64,000 nucleotides of DNA from Okamejei kenojei (Eukaryota). The position numbers and the translations under genes are program-made. Where the stretch lies: the NCBI GenBank assembly GCA_035221665.1, contig CM069145.1, positions 21,762,001 to 21,826,000 of the forward strand, in the 5' to 3' direction. This document shows positions 61,768 through 64,000 of the stretch, in pieces. The notes below the pieces were generated by a model. The model was given only the letters and a program-made list of their open reading frames with translations. It had not been told where the DNA came from and made no database searches. Position 1 is the first letter of the stretch. Every line of letters starts with the position of its first letter.

Positions 61768-63279
61768 TCTATATCTATTTATATATCTTACTAAAAGTCT
61801 CATCTTGTTTGGACGTGCGTACGATCTCAAGGAACTATGCCAAAACGGTACACAATAGCGCAAAACTTACCTTACTCACCATTGACCTGTGGTTGACCTG
61901 TGGTTGACCTGTGGTTGTTTGTATCAAGTTTTGTTCAGATTTATGTCATATTTCACAAGTTATCACATTTATAAGTTTACTAAATCCACTTCGATAATCA
62001 CTTCAACATTTCAGTGCTGACAGTTGCAGCTATGACATCACATTGGGGTCTCACAATTGTGAGATGTCGGATCTCACAGGAGACCTGACATTTGCTACAA
62101 TGTTGTCATCATAGAACACTTAGTGTGGTCCTGGCAGCTAGTGATTGAAGAGCGGGAGGGGCCAGGGGAAGTGGAATTGGAAGTGCTGGGGGAGGCAGGG
62201 GAGTGCAATTGGAATGTTTTTAAAGTCCAATGCTGGGGGAGGCAGCGGAGTGAGGAATTTTACTTGGGGAACGGGTTGCATTGGCAGAACGGGTGAGTGG
62301 TGGAAATGGGTTGTGTTGGGGGAACGGGTGAGTGGTGGATTATTGCGTTGGGGGAAACGGGGCCCAACGGGTCTCATCTTGTTTGTGTGCAAGTTTGTGC
62401 TGTACCTCTATTTATGCAAAAACGGTACATAATTGTGCTACAATTTTTGCCCCACCTTACTCACCATTGTCCTGTGCTGTAAATGAAACAAGTTTCTTCA
62501 GATTGATAGTATATTTTTTAAGTTATTAACGTTAAAAAAAATTGACTTAAAACAGCGCCCCCACCTGTGCATGCGCAGTTGGGGGAGGGTTCCTGTGAGC
62601 ATCTTTACTGGCTTCACAAAGAGCACCCAATGGGTCCTCAGCCGTGCCTGCGCAGTTGGGGTCTTTCCAGAATTCAGATCGGCATCTTTTTTTCACAGCA
62701 TCGAACGGGTAAGATTACTTCCATTTTAATTTCTGCCACGCCGGGCCCACAGGGATCCGCCACCTTGGAGCTGAGGTTGCGGCTGGGGCTACGTCTGCAG
62801 GTGGCGGCGATGGCTGGGTCTGGGGGCGGGAAGATGCCGGGCAGGGAGAGGTCGCACCAATGATCCGGGGCCTGGGCACTGATGCTGGCTCTGAGGCCGA
62901 CAGCTGCTGCTGCTGCTGCTGCTCCGGGACCGCGTGGTGGGCTCCAGGGTAGGGGAGAGGCTGTGTGTGCACTGATCCGAGGCCTGACAACCTCAGGGTA
63001 GGGAGGGAGAAGGGTGAAAATGGGGGAGGTGAGGAGGGAGAGTGGGCGAGGGGGGGGCATAGAGGGAGGGGAGGAATGGGGGAGGTAGTGAGTGGGGAAT
63101 AGAGGGAGAGGAGGGTAGTGGCGGAGGTCAGGAGGGATAGTGGGGAGGGATGGGGAGGTGAGGAGTGGGGGAGGTGGAGGATAGAGGGATAGGAGGGGGT
63201 AGGGAGGGGAGAGGAGTTATGGAGGGAGGGAGTGAGGGTAGGGGAAAGGAGAGGGAGGGAGGGGTGAGTGAGGGGTTAG
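61768..63279 (+). mobile_element. Two fused non-autonomous Helitrons
   Basis: A|TC start, ACTAAAAGTCTCATCTTGTTTG head, 3' hairpin at 62359-62375 running into a second head; purine tract ~63000-63279. Confidence 0.7.
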
Positions 63280-64000
63280 GAGTGGCGGCGCTGCCCTGGC
63301 AGCAGCGGCTCGTCATCAGTCCGTCTGTTTTTCTTTTTATTTGTTGTTTTCTTGTCTTGTTTTTAGCGTTAGTTTGAGTTAATATGTAGTGTATGTGTGT
63401 GTGTGTGGGGGGGGTGGGGTGGGAGAAACGTTCTTAGTCTCTTCCTTTTGGGGGGACGCGACTTTTTTTGTCGTATCCCCCGTCTCCGTCTCCGTCTGCG
63501 CTGAGGCCTATCGCGGAGCTGGCGGCCTCCAACTTTAACTGCGACCGACCCGAGGCTCCGGAGGCAGAGCCAGCCAGGACTTACTAGCGCGGGGCTGGCC
63601 GACTTCGGGGCTGTGGCGGGGTCAGGCGTTCCGGCGGCCCGACTCGGAGCTGTGGCGGCTTTCCGGTGGCGGTGGCGGCGGCAGCGACTTCAGAGGTTCG
63701 GCCGCGGGCCCAGTGGACGACATCGTCGGGAGCTCGCAGGTCACAGGTTGGTGACCTGTTTTTCCGGAGCTCCCGTGGCAACCGGCCCGCTCACGGAGCG
63801 CGGTTCACCCGCGAGACTTATTTACATCACCCGGTGAGGTCACAACATTGGAGGCCCGGGTCGCCTCAGCGCAGAGGAAGAGGAAGAGGAAGAAGGGAAG
63901 AGACAAAGATTTTTGCCTTCCACCACAGTGAGGAGGTGTCTGGTGAACTCACTGTGGTGGATGTTAAATATGTGTTTATTGTGTGTTTTTGTTATTTACT
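63280..64000 (+). mobile_element. Young CpG-rich member of the non-tRNA retroposon family, runs off the window
   Basis: Collinear with 47446-48238; 14-bp perfect stem 63919-63932 / 63948-63961. Confidence 0.65.

Noticed and set aside
62560-64000. CpG-island promoter
   Set aside because: The CpG richness is explained by young Helitron cargo and the retroposon copy.

Overview
This window is vertebrate, repeat-rich intronic or intergenic DNA, not prokaryotic. The repeat set (CR1 LINEs, V-SINE/HE1-type SINEs, Penelope-like elements, Rex-Babar, RTE) points to a cartilaginous fish, probably a skate or ray (inference). No multi-exon host gene can be assembled. It holds one near-full-length CR1 (10.5-15.0 kb), a Tc1 DD34E transposon, four PIF/Harbinger-type MITEs, a hAT deletion derivative, two tandem Helitron pairs, and many Penelope-derived fold-back elements with hammerhead cores. 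The most notable signal is a 136-bp SINE-like retroposon (56056-56191, minus) whose 5' 53 nt fold into a complete minimal HDV-like ribozyme. Other highlights are an orphan TDP2-like first exon with its splice donor, a non-tRNA retroposon family with a covarying 3' hairpin, an unexplained ~100-bp hairpin, and two candidate isolated exons. All family and gene assignments come from visual recognition; no searches or folding programs were run.
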